Shown piece by piece: positions 15,731 through 27,977 of a stretch of DNA of 64,000 nucleotides (the first letter of the stretch is position 1; each line of letters opens with the position of its first letter). A program made the position numbers and the translations under genes. The notes beneath the pieces were generated by a model. It made no database searches. It was given only the letters and a program-made list of their open reading frames with translations, and was not told the DNA's origin. This DNA is from Octopus vulgaris (taxonomy: Eukaryota), in assembly GCA_951406725.2 (NCBI GenBank), contig OX597818.1:71672001-71736000 (forward strand), written 5' to 3'.

Positions 15731-18134
15731 GTTTAAGTAGTTGAATGAATTATCCTAGTATGGATAATTCGGTTAACCGATACCCGGGTAGCAAATTTAC
15801 GTCAGAAAGCACGGTTGAAGCTACATGCCAAGGGCAGAAATCACGTGCTTTCGTGTGGAAATTTGTGTCTTTTTTTACTATAGATAAATGAAAGAATGGA
15901 GTCGAACGGCGATTTAACAAAATTCCTTTATTCTCGACATATGTTTCGAAGACTGCATATTCCTAATTCCGAAGGAATAAAGGGTGCATTATGCCGTCTT
16001 CTCATCAGGAAAGACAAGGAACTTATGTCAGCATCATGACGAACAAAAACTTTTAGATGACTGCCCACACGGAGTCCATAGTGATAATGAGTGTTTCTTT
16101 AAAATATTCCGTTATAAGCAGTGACGTCAAAATTGGTGAGATGGATAAGATTCTAAAAAGTTCAAGAGTTCAAAAATGGTTGGAAGGGGAAAGATCTAAG
16201 AATAGGGGGGTGACAGAATGCAAGTCGTATGTATGGTGATGCGTTGTTGTTTGCTTCTGCCAATGAGATTGAGTGCCTATGTGTGTGTATGTATATAACT
16301 GCATTTGTGTCTATGTGTGTGCATGATTGTTTGTGTGGGGGGATGAATGCCAAATACATCTAGTGGTGAAGCGACAGGTTTGTGTCTGTGTTTGATTGTG
16401 CTTATGATAGAGAGAGGGAGAGGTAGAGAGACAAAGGTAGGACATACCCCAACGAATTTGGTAGTAGGCCTTTAAGTAACGTAGTATAAAAAAATTGTCT
16501 ATGGTGTTGTTGTAGATGTGGAACCAAATTATTAAATTCAAGGAGCTTATCTATATTAATCATCATTCATATTAGTGGAAGGCGTGTTTCTTCCAGTGCA
16601 TGCATCTATAGGATTTTTCTACCATTGTGTTTACAAAAGGGAATTTGGCGAAAAGTATATAGAAAAGCTCAGAATTACAGACGGCACAATATTTTCTGCC
16701 CTTATCAAAAGGAAAGGATACAGACAATATGGACCATTCCAGCTTGAAAGTTATATTGCTGTCCTTAAGACGCCAAACTAATTTACTTAGTCCAGTACTT
16801 TCTTGTTTCCTCTTATCTCGGAAAGTTGAATAATGATTGGAAATCCTCTGGGATAATTTAGAAGTAGTAGCTCCAACATAGAAGAAGACATCGGTACCGG
16901 AAGAAACCCTACACTGGTAAATGGAATTTCTAATTTTGGAATTACTGGACAAGAACTTTAATCTGTTAGGGTTTACCTCCGAGACTAAGACGGAGTTTTT
17001 ATTATGATTGCTGTTAATATAACTGCTAGCACTGACCACTATACTATTTCTATTATTGTTACTATTATTAATTGTACTATCGCCTGTAATATCCCTGACT
17101 ATAGAAATGCTGCCGTTGTTATCATCAATACTACCACTGTTATTAGAAATGCTGTCGTTCTTACCACTAACACTACCACTGTTAATAATCCGACTAATAT
17201 TATTATTAATATTACCACTGTAAATGCCAACGCTGTTGCTATTATCAATACTATTTCTATTATTATTATTGTGTGTTTGGTTGGAATTGGTAAGAATAGT
17301 GTTGTAACTCCTGGGTGAAGAATCCTTGTTTAGCAGCTTGTTATTATGGGAGGCAATAATTTGCGATAGATTTCTAGTGTTGGAGAATGCAATCCTTACC
17401 TTATGCGAATTGATAGTAGAGTAATGCCTAGAATTCCTGGGAAAGTTCCTAGTTACGGCTTCACGGAACTGCAAAGGAAGGTTTGACTTGATTTGTTTTC
17501 CGAAAGGTATGACAAACCAGATATAGTTTTTAGTGGACTTAGAATTGTTCAAAGTGTTACCAGTTACATTAAAGGGAATATTTCTGTGCTGGAAAATTGG
17601 GGTTGGTTGCCGATTGCCTCCCCTGGTCCGTATATTATTTTTCTTAAGTATAGTGGTGCCGACGTTGTTAGAGCTGAAATCATTATTCTCACTATTTCTA
17701 TTGTTATTAGTTTTCTTATCCTGAGAAGTATATATAGGTTTAGAATGGGCCGGGTCGTTATATGATACTTTATCTCTATAACCGGCTATTGACAAGGCGG
17801 CGTTATAAAATTCCGCTTTCTGGTTAAAGATGTCGACATTAGCAGATAATTTTGACAGTCTTAAGGAAATATTTTAAACTAAATTATCGGTAACAGTTTT
17901 GGCATGGTTACTGAAAACGCTGATATATTTAAGATTAGTAGAAGGCTTATGATAAGGGAAGTATGAATTATTCTGCAGATTTAGGGTAACATCTAAGAAG
18001 TTGGCTTTAGTTAATTCGTCGTCAAAAACTATGCTCAAGCCCATTCTGCTAAAAAATCTAGCTAATCTGTTCTTAATCTTCTGTATCCTATTGTTCGGAG
18101 CATTCTGGAGGTAAAGTAGACAATCGTCTCGACA
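15728..18134 (-). mobile_element. Penelope-like element (Neptune-type), 5'-truncated: RT C-terminus, Asn-rich linker, GIY-YIG endonuclease, 3' pseudo-LTR
   Basis: The frame from 18131 reads RDDCLLYL...NFLDVTLNLQNNSYFPYHKP...YISVFSNH (RT catalytic DD and thumb). One in-frame TAA at 17874-17876 is followed by ORF 16572-17795 ending IYQCRV..FYVGATT...RISNHY...LSK.VW.LK...W.IL...CAVC..E...CMH. The element abuts (TA)n at its 3' end. Confidence 0.9.
15920..16024 (-). ncRNA. Type I hammerhead ribozyme in the PLE pseudo-LTR
   Basis: CUGAUGA (16008-16002), stem II GAAGAC/GUCUUC plus GCAUA/UAUGC, GAAA (15947-15944), palindromic stem III ACAUAUGU, GUC cleavage triplet (15938-15936), stem I UUUC/GAGA plus AAGUUCCUU/AAGGAAUUU. 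Confidence 0.85.
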
Positions 18135-19290
18135 TATCTATAACTGGTTGAAGTCCTTTATTTTCGTCCGAAAAGAGGTTGTCACAGTTGTAGGACAGCA
18201 CTCTTCACCCTATGAGATGACGTCTGGTGTACCACAGGGATCTGTTCTTGGCCCCATTTTATTTGTTGCATATGTTAATGACATAGATGCCAACTTAAAG
18301 AATGCCACAGTGCTGAAATATGCAGATGACATCAAGCTGTACCTCGAAATAAAGAGGTCAGATCCTGTACACTATAGATCTCTATTGCAAGCAGACCTGG
18401 ACACAATGCAGCAATGGATCATGGACTGGCAACTCAAGCTGGCTGTGGACAAATGTACCACCATGCATTTTGGGAGGAAAAACCCAGCGTCCACCTATTC
18501 CTTCCACAACACTAATCTCAAAAAGTCTTCGTGTGAACGTGACCTGGGTGTTATTGTCGACAGTGATTTGCGTTGGACAAAACACATCGCTAAAATTGTC
18601 TAGAAGGCTGAGGGTGTCGTGGCATCACTCACCAAATCCTTTGTGAGCCGCTCTCCGACTAACTATCTGCGGCTTTATATAGCTATAGTAAGACCTCACC
18701 TGGAATTTGCATGACCGGTCTGGAACCCCTTCTTGCCCAGGATATCAATCGTCTGGAAGCCGTTCAGCGATGTGCAACCAACAGAATACCCTCCATCAGG
18801 CATTTGCCATATTCTGAACGCCTTACTTCCCTGGGCATGGACACATTGAAACTCCGACGTCTGGCAGCTGACTTGGCAGACACCCATAAAATTATCAACC
18901 ATCTTACGAACAATAACTCTGAGCACCTTTTCAAACTCCACCCGTCTAACACCCGTGGACATATTTACAAAGTCAGAAAGCAGCACAGCTCCCATGACTT
19001 TAGGAAACATTTTTTCACGCTAAGAGTTGCTGAAGCATGGGACAAATTGCCGGCATCGGTTGTTAGTTGTCGGAGCACTGCATCCTTCAAAACTTCCATG
19101 CTTCCTGAGATTCGCCAACACTACACCTGATTTTCTCCACTCCATACACACACAAGCATGTATTTGACTCATACATTGTTCGCTTTCCAGACATTTGTAC
19201 ATTACTGCATACACTTTACACGCACTTTCTGACAAATTGTGGTGCACCTGAGCACTGTATACAATAATTTAATTATTATTATTATTATCA
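18135..19290 (+). mobile_element. 5'-truncated CR1-clade LINE (RT C-terminal half, 3'UTR, (ATT)n tail)
   Basis: SGVPQGSVLGPILF, KYADDIKLY, ERDLGVIVD, RPHLEFA, LEAVQR.AT, PYSERL..LG..TL..RR, TRGH.YK, FF..RV...W..LP; stops at 18601 and 18712. Confidence 0.92.
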
Positions 19291-19540
19291 TTTTTATACA
19301 TACATACATACATACATACATACATACATACATACATACATACATACATACATACATACATACATACATACATACATACATCGTCAAATCAACTAAACGA
19401 GCAATAAAATTAACAATAGCCAACAACAAAAGGACGTGCACTAGGAATGTATTAGTTTGACGATCAGTAAAAGTGAGAGATTTTGATGTTTCGAGTATAA
19501 CTCATCGTCGGAAAAGAAGGAAAAGAAATCACCAATAGTA

Positions 19541-19574
<34 letters not shown>

Positions 19575-19749
19575 CACGCGCGCGGAGTCTTTGTTCCTGT
19601 GTTTGTTCCCCACCGCCACTTAATGGCCGCTGTTGGTGTGTTAGTGGTTTGGCAAAAAAGACCGATAGAATAAGTACCAGGGGTCGAGTTGTGCAACTAA
19701 AATTCTTTAAGGCGGTGTCCCTGTATGGCTGTAGATTTAAGTAAAAGAT

Positions 19750-19810
<61 letters not shown>

Positions 19811-19991
19811 TACAAACAACTGAAATTTTATGCGTGGCCATAAAAGTTCTCTAATCTTTTTGTGTGCCTAGAGTCAAAGTGAGACAACAGCTGTGTCAGT
19901 GATGCTTATTGGGGCAGGAAAGAACAGGTGGCAACATCTGTCCTCTTGTCTCCAAATTAAAGAAATTCTGTGACTTAATTGAAAATTTCTG

Positions 19992-20382
19992 TTATTTTAT
20001 CAACATACCATGGCAGTCAAATGTTACTGTAATTTAGCCCCAGGAAACATCGTCTCCAGCTGGCTATACGACACAATATCTGTGTCCTTATATTTTTGAC
20101 CAAGAGAGTTTAGCATCCACACTCAGCATATCTGTGTATCGCGATTTCTGGGTTATTTCTGTTCATCGACACATAACAACTGTTCGGCCAGAGGTGGCGC
20201 TGCTAAACTCTTGTTCGAAATATATAGTTTTCATAGTGGCACGCAGTCACTGATCTAATGAGATAGAAAATTTCTATTTGTAAATCTCTCAACGAGAGAT
20301 ATTGTCGTATAGCCAGCTAGAGACGATGTTTCCTAGGCTAAATACCAGTAACATTCGACTGCCACGTTATGTTGGCAAATAA
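19992..20382. mobile_element. MITE-like element with about 80-bp terminal inverted repeats; a second, inverted partial copy lies at 20408-20700
   Basis: Left end ttattttatcaacataccatggcagtcaaatgttact...ctggctatacgac matches the reverse complement of the right end gtcgtatagccag...agtaacattcgactgccacgttatgttggcaaataa; non-coding. Confidence 0.8.
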
Positions 20383-20910
20383 TCTTTACTCTAGAGTACT
20401 GTTACTGAATATCTTTCATTGAGAAATTTACAAATAGACATTTTCTATTTTATTAGATCAGTGACTGCGTGTCACCTTGAAAACATTATATTTCGAACAA
20501 GAATTTAGCACCGCCACCTCTAAACAAACGTGCTGATAAAGGGAAACAACTCAGAAATCGCGATACACAGATATTGTTTTGTACTGAGTGGGGATGCTAA
20601 ACCCCATTGGTCAAAAATATAAGGACATATATATTGTGTCGTATAGCCAGCTAGAGACGAAGTTTCCAGGGGTTAAATAATAGTAACATTCGACTGCCAG
20701 TTCAGGGAAATCTTTGATCCTGGAGATTATCTCTTTTCATTTAGAGTTAGTCACAACTACTACAAGGCGTTTGTCTACTTTTTGTCGAAGTGAAATTGAA
20801 TTTGAATAAACGAAGTTCACAACTTGTACAGTATCTAATACATCTTTGTCTTATATTATCCGTATCCATGTCACTGGGCACTCTGAGTCTTTACCCTTAG
20901 GTCAGTTTTG

Positions 20911-20980
<70 letters not shown>

Positions 20981-20987
20981 GCACGCA

Positions 20988-21032
<45 letters not shown>

Positions 21033-21197
21033 CGGACTTCTTTTAGTTTTCGTCAACCAAATCCACGCACAAGGCTTTGGTCGGCCCGGAGCTATAGGAG
21101 AAGGCACTTGCCAAAAATGCTGCACATTGGGACTGAACCCGGAACCATCTGGTTGGGAAATAAACTTCTTACACACAGTTCATACACACACACACAC

Positions 21198-21252
<55 letters not shown>

Positions 21253-22758
21253 GTTTCATATTCACCTCACAATGACAATCTGACAACGCTAATCTATAAT
21301 TGATGAGTAACAATTATTTCTAAACCTATAACTAACGTCACCTAGGAACAAAAATGATCTATTAACCTGCATAACTAAATGAAAACAAGAAAGCAAGCTA
21401 ACGTACACTAACAACAGAAGTATAACGATCGAACAAATTCCAGCTTAACACAACTGCGGACTTCTCTCATCAGCTGCCTAACGGATATCATGGTGATTTC
21501 GACATATCTACCTACCAACATGCAAACAAGTTGATAGTTCACCCTTCAATTTGACGGTGATGTAGATACACTAGCATGCAGATTGTGTTTTTATAATGTG
21601 AAAAAAAAAAAATTACTCAACGGCAACATAAAAGCATGACATCTGAGTTGTACAAGAGTAGAGGAGACCACTAAAATAGCTGAAGGACTTTTCAAACCTC
21701 GCAATATCATATGTTTGCAACGTATAACTTAGTATGACATTCTGTGTGATTTAAATCCTGCGACCAAAATGGTAACCCATCCGAGCTTGCATGGTGAAGA
21801 CGTCTTACTGGTTGAAAAACAAGTGTATGTCAGTGTGTGTGTGTGTGTGTGTGCGTAAACACGAGCATATGTGCATGTGTGTATAAGTGCGTACGCATGT
21901 GTGTACGCGCACGCGCGTGCGTGTGTGTGTGTGTGAGTGGTTAGTGGTTTGCTCGCATTTCCTTGAAATGTGCTATGGAAGAAATGAATAACCTTCATCT
22001 CAACAACTACGACGTTCGTAACAGCAGGCCACTGGGGCAACAAGTGTAAGTGGAAGCACACACAACATCACATGCCACACCCCATATGCATATATCGCAT
22101 ATATGTAATGTAAGACTTGTAAAATATAGTAAAAATATTATTTTGGGTGATTCAAATGTTTTCTGATATACAATTCAATATGTTAAGTAAAGTGGTAGCT
22201 GTGTTTATTGTATCAAATATTTGCAGTGTATTCAGAGTTTCGGCCCAAGCTGATCTATTCACGACTGGGTATGTGTACTCGTACACGCGTACACATACAT
22301 ATATGCACATATGAGTGTCTATCTGTACAGACACTCACACATGTATGTACACATACACACGTACACACACACATACACTCACACATAAAACAAAGAGATG
22401 ACAGCGGAAAAACCAAATGTTATGCAATCATCTTCATTAGCTGTTTCTGCAATAAGATGTAGTGGACTCTCAGTTGGGTACCAGGATAACATCCTGTAGC
22501 TTTCTGTCTCGTTATGCCTAAGCGAGATATTAATATACATATATATATATTACATATATATGTATATAGGTAAAAACTTAAAGAGTGTGTGCGTTATGTG
22601 TTTGTATATATATATATATATATATAGTCTATTGTTCCGTGATGGTATGATCAACAGAAAAAGTGCTTCAATTTTAGTTTTTTATGGCATGTGGATAGTG
22701 TCTGATGATTGTACTGTTTGGCATGTTCTCAGCACATGAAACTAATAGTAGCACATAA

Positions 22759-22801
<43 letters not shown>

Positions 22802-24923
22802 AATATATATATGCACATATATACACCTATTTCTTTTCTGAGATTTCTTTGTATGTCTTCCCACAAACGAGTTAGTTTGAAATTCAGAAACTGCTCCGTT
22901 GTGGCAATTTAGATGCTTACCATAACTAGTGGAAGACACATATACACTCACATATACACTCATACTTATACAACGGGCTTCCACACAGTTTCCGTATACT
23001 AAATTCATTTACAAAGCACTTGCCTGCCTGGAGTTACAGTAGAAGACATCCAAGATTCCGTGCAAGGGGACTGAACCCGAGACGACTTGGTTGTAATGCA
23101 AGCTTCTTAATCACACAGCCATTTTTTTTTTTTACTCTATCTATAACAATTTTTCGAATTATTCATTGTCTTGCAACATTATTCCATTAATCCCTTTACC
23201 TACTTTCCATCAATCTGATCTCGTCGCAATTGTCATGGAAGAGAAAATAGTTAAAACAGCTTCTACATAATGTTTGAAACGATACAGCGGTCTAATTGTC
23301 TGCCAAAGGAGTGTTTAATTCTTGCGTGACATGTCAATTAGTTAACGTGTAGTTTCGGGATTTAAAAGAAATGAAAGTAAATTGACCGGAAGTGATGACC
23401 CTAAAATTTCATGTAAACAATCTATTTAGCGCACGCAATGCAACACCGTTCTTGTCAGTTTCAAGTCGCAGTTTCGAGGAACGAAATTCTTGATGCTATA
23501 ATACAAATCTTTAATTGAAGTTAACGGTCTTTGTGTGTTTCTGAATGGTTAACTTGTGTTTTCCACGCTGCAGTCGCTTTCGTTTCAGATCAAAATACTA
23601 GCTATGCAATTACATTTCTGTAAATCTCTGTAACATAACAAATGTATTGGACTTACACATATTTCATATAACAAGAAAACCGTACATATATATTTTATGA
23701 GATGTAAACAATCACTTTGATGTAACATAAAGTACGTTGGAACGGTGTACCTCAGTTGCTATTTCTGAACTACTTAAGATATCACAAGAAGGTACAACAT
23801 AAGAAGGTGCCTCTGGATGCAACATAATGAAGGAGCCCTTTTAATAAAATTATTGAATTCACCAGGTCTCTTTATATTCTCTTTATGAAGTTATAGGATA
23901 TCATGGTCTTCCTATCCAGTCAGTATAATATATTTTTCAAACCCCTTAACTGCACGTTAAACCCTTAATTTAGCCTGGTATTCTTTAATTCTTTCAAAAT
24001 CTTCAAATTAGTGATGGTTATTGAATGGCGATGGTATACCTCTGACAGAAATGTTAGCAGTGGACATGAGATGGACTGAAAAGTACTACACTATATCGTT
24101 ATAAGAAGCTCACTAAACTTGACAGAAGAATTCGAAAGTTTAATATATTAATTTCACAAGACTTTAAACCTCAAATGAGACAGCACTTTACATGTATAAC
24201 TCATAAAATACAACGCAATTCACCATTACATTGCTTATCTTTTTACCACTTGCTTGGAATGTGGCCATGCTCGAACACCTCCTTGAAGGGCTTTAGTCGA
24301 ACGGATCGACTTTAGTACTTCCGCTTTATAAAGCCTGGTACTTATTCTGTTATTCCATTTGCCGAACACACACACACACATACATACATACATACATATA
24401 AATGGCGGTGCCCCTGCATGGGGCCAGCTTTGGGCTGGAATATATAAAGGAATAAAAGAACACACACGCAACGTGCATGCGGTTACAAAGCTAGCTGCCT
24501 GCATCTTTTCATTAAGTATTTATCGAAGACAATATGGTGTAGACGCGATAATATTCTCCACTTAACAGGATTATTAACAAAAAACATTTTGTCATACAGT
24601 GACTGAAAAGATTCGATGCCCCCCCCCCCCCTATAGACAGTCGTCAGTAGTTTACCAAAATTAACTTCTTGTTTAGTCCTATATCAGCTCAGTGTCTCTA
24701 CATTCCCTCTTATACAGTATGTATTTAATTCAAACCCCAAAATGCAGGGTGATTGACACTATGACTGACGATTCATTACCGTTGAAACTTCGAATTTATA
24801 GTGACGTTGCATTCCCTTGAAAGAAATATTTAGACGCTGTACATTGGGTCCTTTATTAGTTCATGTCACCAGGTGTTTCTGAGGCTTTTGATAAACGCAC
24901 ACACCAAGTGCGCGCGCGCGTGC

Positions 24924-24983
<60 letters not shown>

Positions 24984-25622
24984 ATGTATGTATATATATA
25001 TATATATACATACATATATTATTTGCTTCAGTCATTTGACTGCTGCCATGCTGGAGCACCGCCTTTAGTCGAGCAAATCGACCTCAGGACTTATTCTTTG
25101 TAAGCCTAGTACTTATTCTATCGGTTTCTTTTACCGAACCGGTAGATTACGGGGACGTAAACACGCCAGCATCGATTGTTAAGCGATGTTGTGTGTGTGC
25201 GTGTGTGGGGGCAATTTTTTTCCAGAATGAGATAAAAAAACCAAGGTTGTGAAGATTTTAGAACATTTATAAATATTTATTATATCCCTTCATCGAAGAC
25301 GGTTTGAGAAGATGGTTAAGCAATAGTTAATTTAGATAAGATACGAAATAGAGAGTGAAGTGGAGGAATGAAAATATCCCTGCATATCTCATATCTATTT
25401 TCATTCCACCAAAATTTCAGGCCTTGTGCCTTTTGTAGAAAGGTTTTATCATAAACTTTTTCAAGTTTCACTTGAAAAGGAAAGTGACACCTGTGTAGGT
25501 TTTTCTACTACTAGCTTTAAAGCGCCTCACCTATTGAGAGTTTTATTTAAATTTGTTTGTTATTTTACTTACACGTTTTAAAACCCTTTTTTGTATCGTC
25601 CTGTTCTGCCATTTCAGGACTT

Positions 25623-25679
<57 letters not shown>

Positions 25680-25895
25680 CCAACCATTAAAAAAACAAAG
25701 GAAGAAGAAAGAAGGAAGGAAACACAACTTGATCTGAGGCAACAAAAGTCTTTCACTATCTGCTGTCGCTTCAGTGGCTATAGCATTTCATTCTCTTTCT
25801 TCCTGACACACGTCTCTGTGCAAACCCAGCTGCTTTACTTTGTGATATCATCATCGTGGTCGTCGTTGTCTTCGTCCCCCTCTTTCTCATCATTG

Positions 25896-25927
<32 letters not shown>

Positions 25928-27094
25928 TGTCGTTAACCATCTGTTGCTATTTTACGAGATGCAGCTTACAACTAATAATTATAGTATTAGTATTAGAAGT
26001 AGTGATTGTTGTTCTGTAACCCTAGGCCAGCCTTGATAGACTAGACATATATATATGATCAAAAGACAATTTTATTAGTGATTCCCAACCCACGTCTCTT
26101 CTGAAATAGTCAAAGCAAAATTATCTAAAATACATTTAGTTGAATCCCAATTTGCTTGAAATACATTTCTCTAAATCATATTTTATTTAAAGTATATTAT
26201 TTAAAACAGTTAAAACGCATTTAGTTTTTAGACGGTTATCTAAACTAAATTTTATCTATTTAGTAAAAAGCACGTTGATCTAAAACAGTTAAACACATTT
26301 AGTTGAATTATATTTATGTAAAACACAGTCAACAAACATTTAGTTAAACGTATTTAAAACACAATTATTAAAATACATTTAAATATATTGCTCTTAAACA
26401 GTTAAATGCATATATCTAAAACTTATTAATCTATTTAGTTAAAATACATTCATCTAAGACATCTCTCTACCTATTTTATCGTAACCTGAATGTTATTGGG
26501 CTGGTCTGTGTTGGTAACCGGTTGAATTGATGGATGAAAGTATGTTTCTTGGGTTGCATTTAGAAGTAATTGAATAACATCCGCAAACATTTAACAGAAA
26601 TTTTTTTATCGCATATAAAGATAAAACCGCGTTGGCCTTTTACAGATGACCTCAGCAATAATTACATACTGGGAGAGAGATGCTGCTTGGAATTTACGGC
26701 AAGCTATCGATAAGGAAACATGCGGCTTGTCCAACAAATCTGGAAAGAATTGGGCTATATTCGTGGTGGCGGACATGTGCCATCTATCTTAACATCTTCC
26801 TGGGTAGTCTGGCAGCTAAAAATGCACGCTGGAAGTCAAATTCTAGAATAGGGGACCGGAAGTCAAATTCTAGAATGTTCGAGAAAACTTTACACGCCAT
26901 CGCTTCACGCTGATTGATCGTGTGAAACTATGGTGGTTTGCTTGTGATGTCTGACCGTGTATTCAGTGATTCGATTTCGAATCCGCGTTACAAGGTTTAA
27001 AAAAATTGATTTAACAAATTTATTTTAAAACATTTATTCATTTCGTTACGTATTCGCAAAATTCTTGGTGTAAATTTGTGTCTTTTTATCTTTA

Positions 27095-27485
27095 ATCCTT
27101 TATCATTTACTTGCTTCAGTCACTGGACTGCGGCCATGCTGGAGTACCGTCTTGAAGGGTTTAGTCGAGCGAATCGACCTGAGAACTTATTTTTTAAAGC
27201 CTAGTACTTATTCTGTCGGTGTTTTGTGCCAAATCGCTAAGGTACGGGGACATAAAGAGACCAGCAACAGTTGTCAAACTCTGGTAGGGAGCAAACGCAA
27301 AAATATATATACATAGGCGCAGGAGTGGCTGTGTGGTAAGAAGCTTGCTTCCCAACCACATGGTTCCGGGTTCAGTCCTACTGCGTGGCACCCTGGGCAA
27401 GTGTGTTCTACTATAGCCTCGGGTCGACCGCAGCCTTGTGAGTGGATTTGGTAGACGGAAGCTGAAAGAATCCCGTCGTATATAT
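27095..27485. mobile_element. Two SINE family A pieces back-to-back (3' half on minus at 27095-27300; tRNA head on plus at 27316-27485)
   Basis: Both halves align by eye to the full copy at 37608-38007. Confidence 0.75.
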
Positions 27486-27789
27486 ATAAAACCAAGAGAA
27501 CAAATTTCAAAGGCCAGTGTTCATATTCACTAAATATATTTCAAAGCCTCGGAATACTCCATAGCATACATAGGTGCATTCATACACACAAGATATAATA
27601 CAAAAATATATAAATATATATATAAAAATATAGAAATATAAAAATACATAACTGTACTTGCGAGGTTGTATGTCCGTATTAAAATCACTGAGGATATTAA
27701 AATATGCAGATGGTGAATGTATAGCGGTAACCCAAATAGATGAGGAAGCTGGTATAAAATTATCTTACAAGGAATCTTGAGCAGGTGCA

Positions 27790-27880
27790 AAGTCTGACGG
27801 CCATTTCGAGAAGATATAGGTTGATATGGGCGAGTAAATTTCAACCATAACAATCATCTACATTTCTCTCATCAGAGTTA
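27790..27880 (-). ncRNA. Hammerhead ribozyme (PLE-type) without an adjacent PLE ORF
   Basis: CUGAUGA (27875-27869), stem II GAGAA-AUGUAG/CUAUAU-C-UUCUC with internal GGUUGA/UCAACC hairpin, GAAA (27807-27804), near-palindromic stem III AUGGCCGU, GUC (27798-27796). Stem I is weak (2 clear bp). Confidence 0.65.
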
Positions 27881-27977
27881 ATCTAAAGGAGTTATTTAAA
27901 TCTTAAAATTTTAAGCAGCATGAGAGATTTTAGAATTTTTAAAAATCGAATGCTGTGTGGGAACATACTGTTCATAA

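Noticed and set aside
21410-21480. Minus-strand CUGAUGA followed by an AGAAGU/ACUUCU stem
   Set aside because: No GAAA or UH strand after the stem, so a hammerhead is not supported.
24760-24800. CTGACGA...GAAACTTC
   Set aside because: No helix II closing pair and no helix I; likely chance.
26831-26876. Direct repeat ggaagtcaaattctagaat x2
   Set aside because: A simple local duplication of only two units with an 8-nt gap; not CRISPR-like, and the context is eukaryotic.
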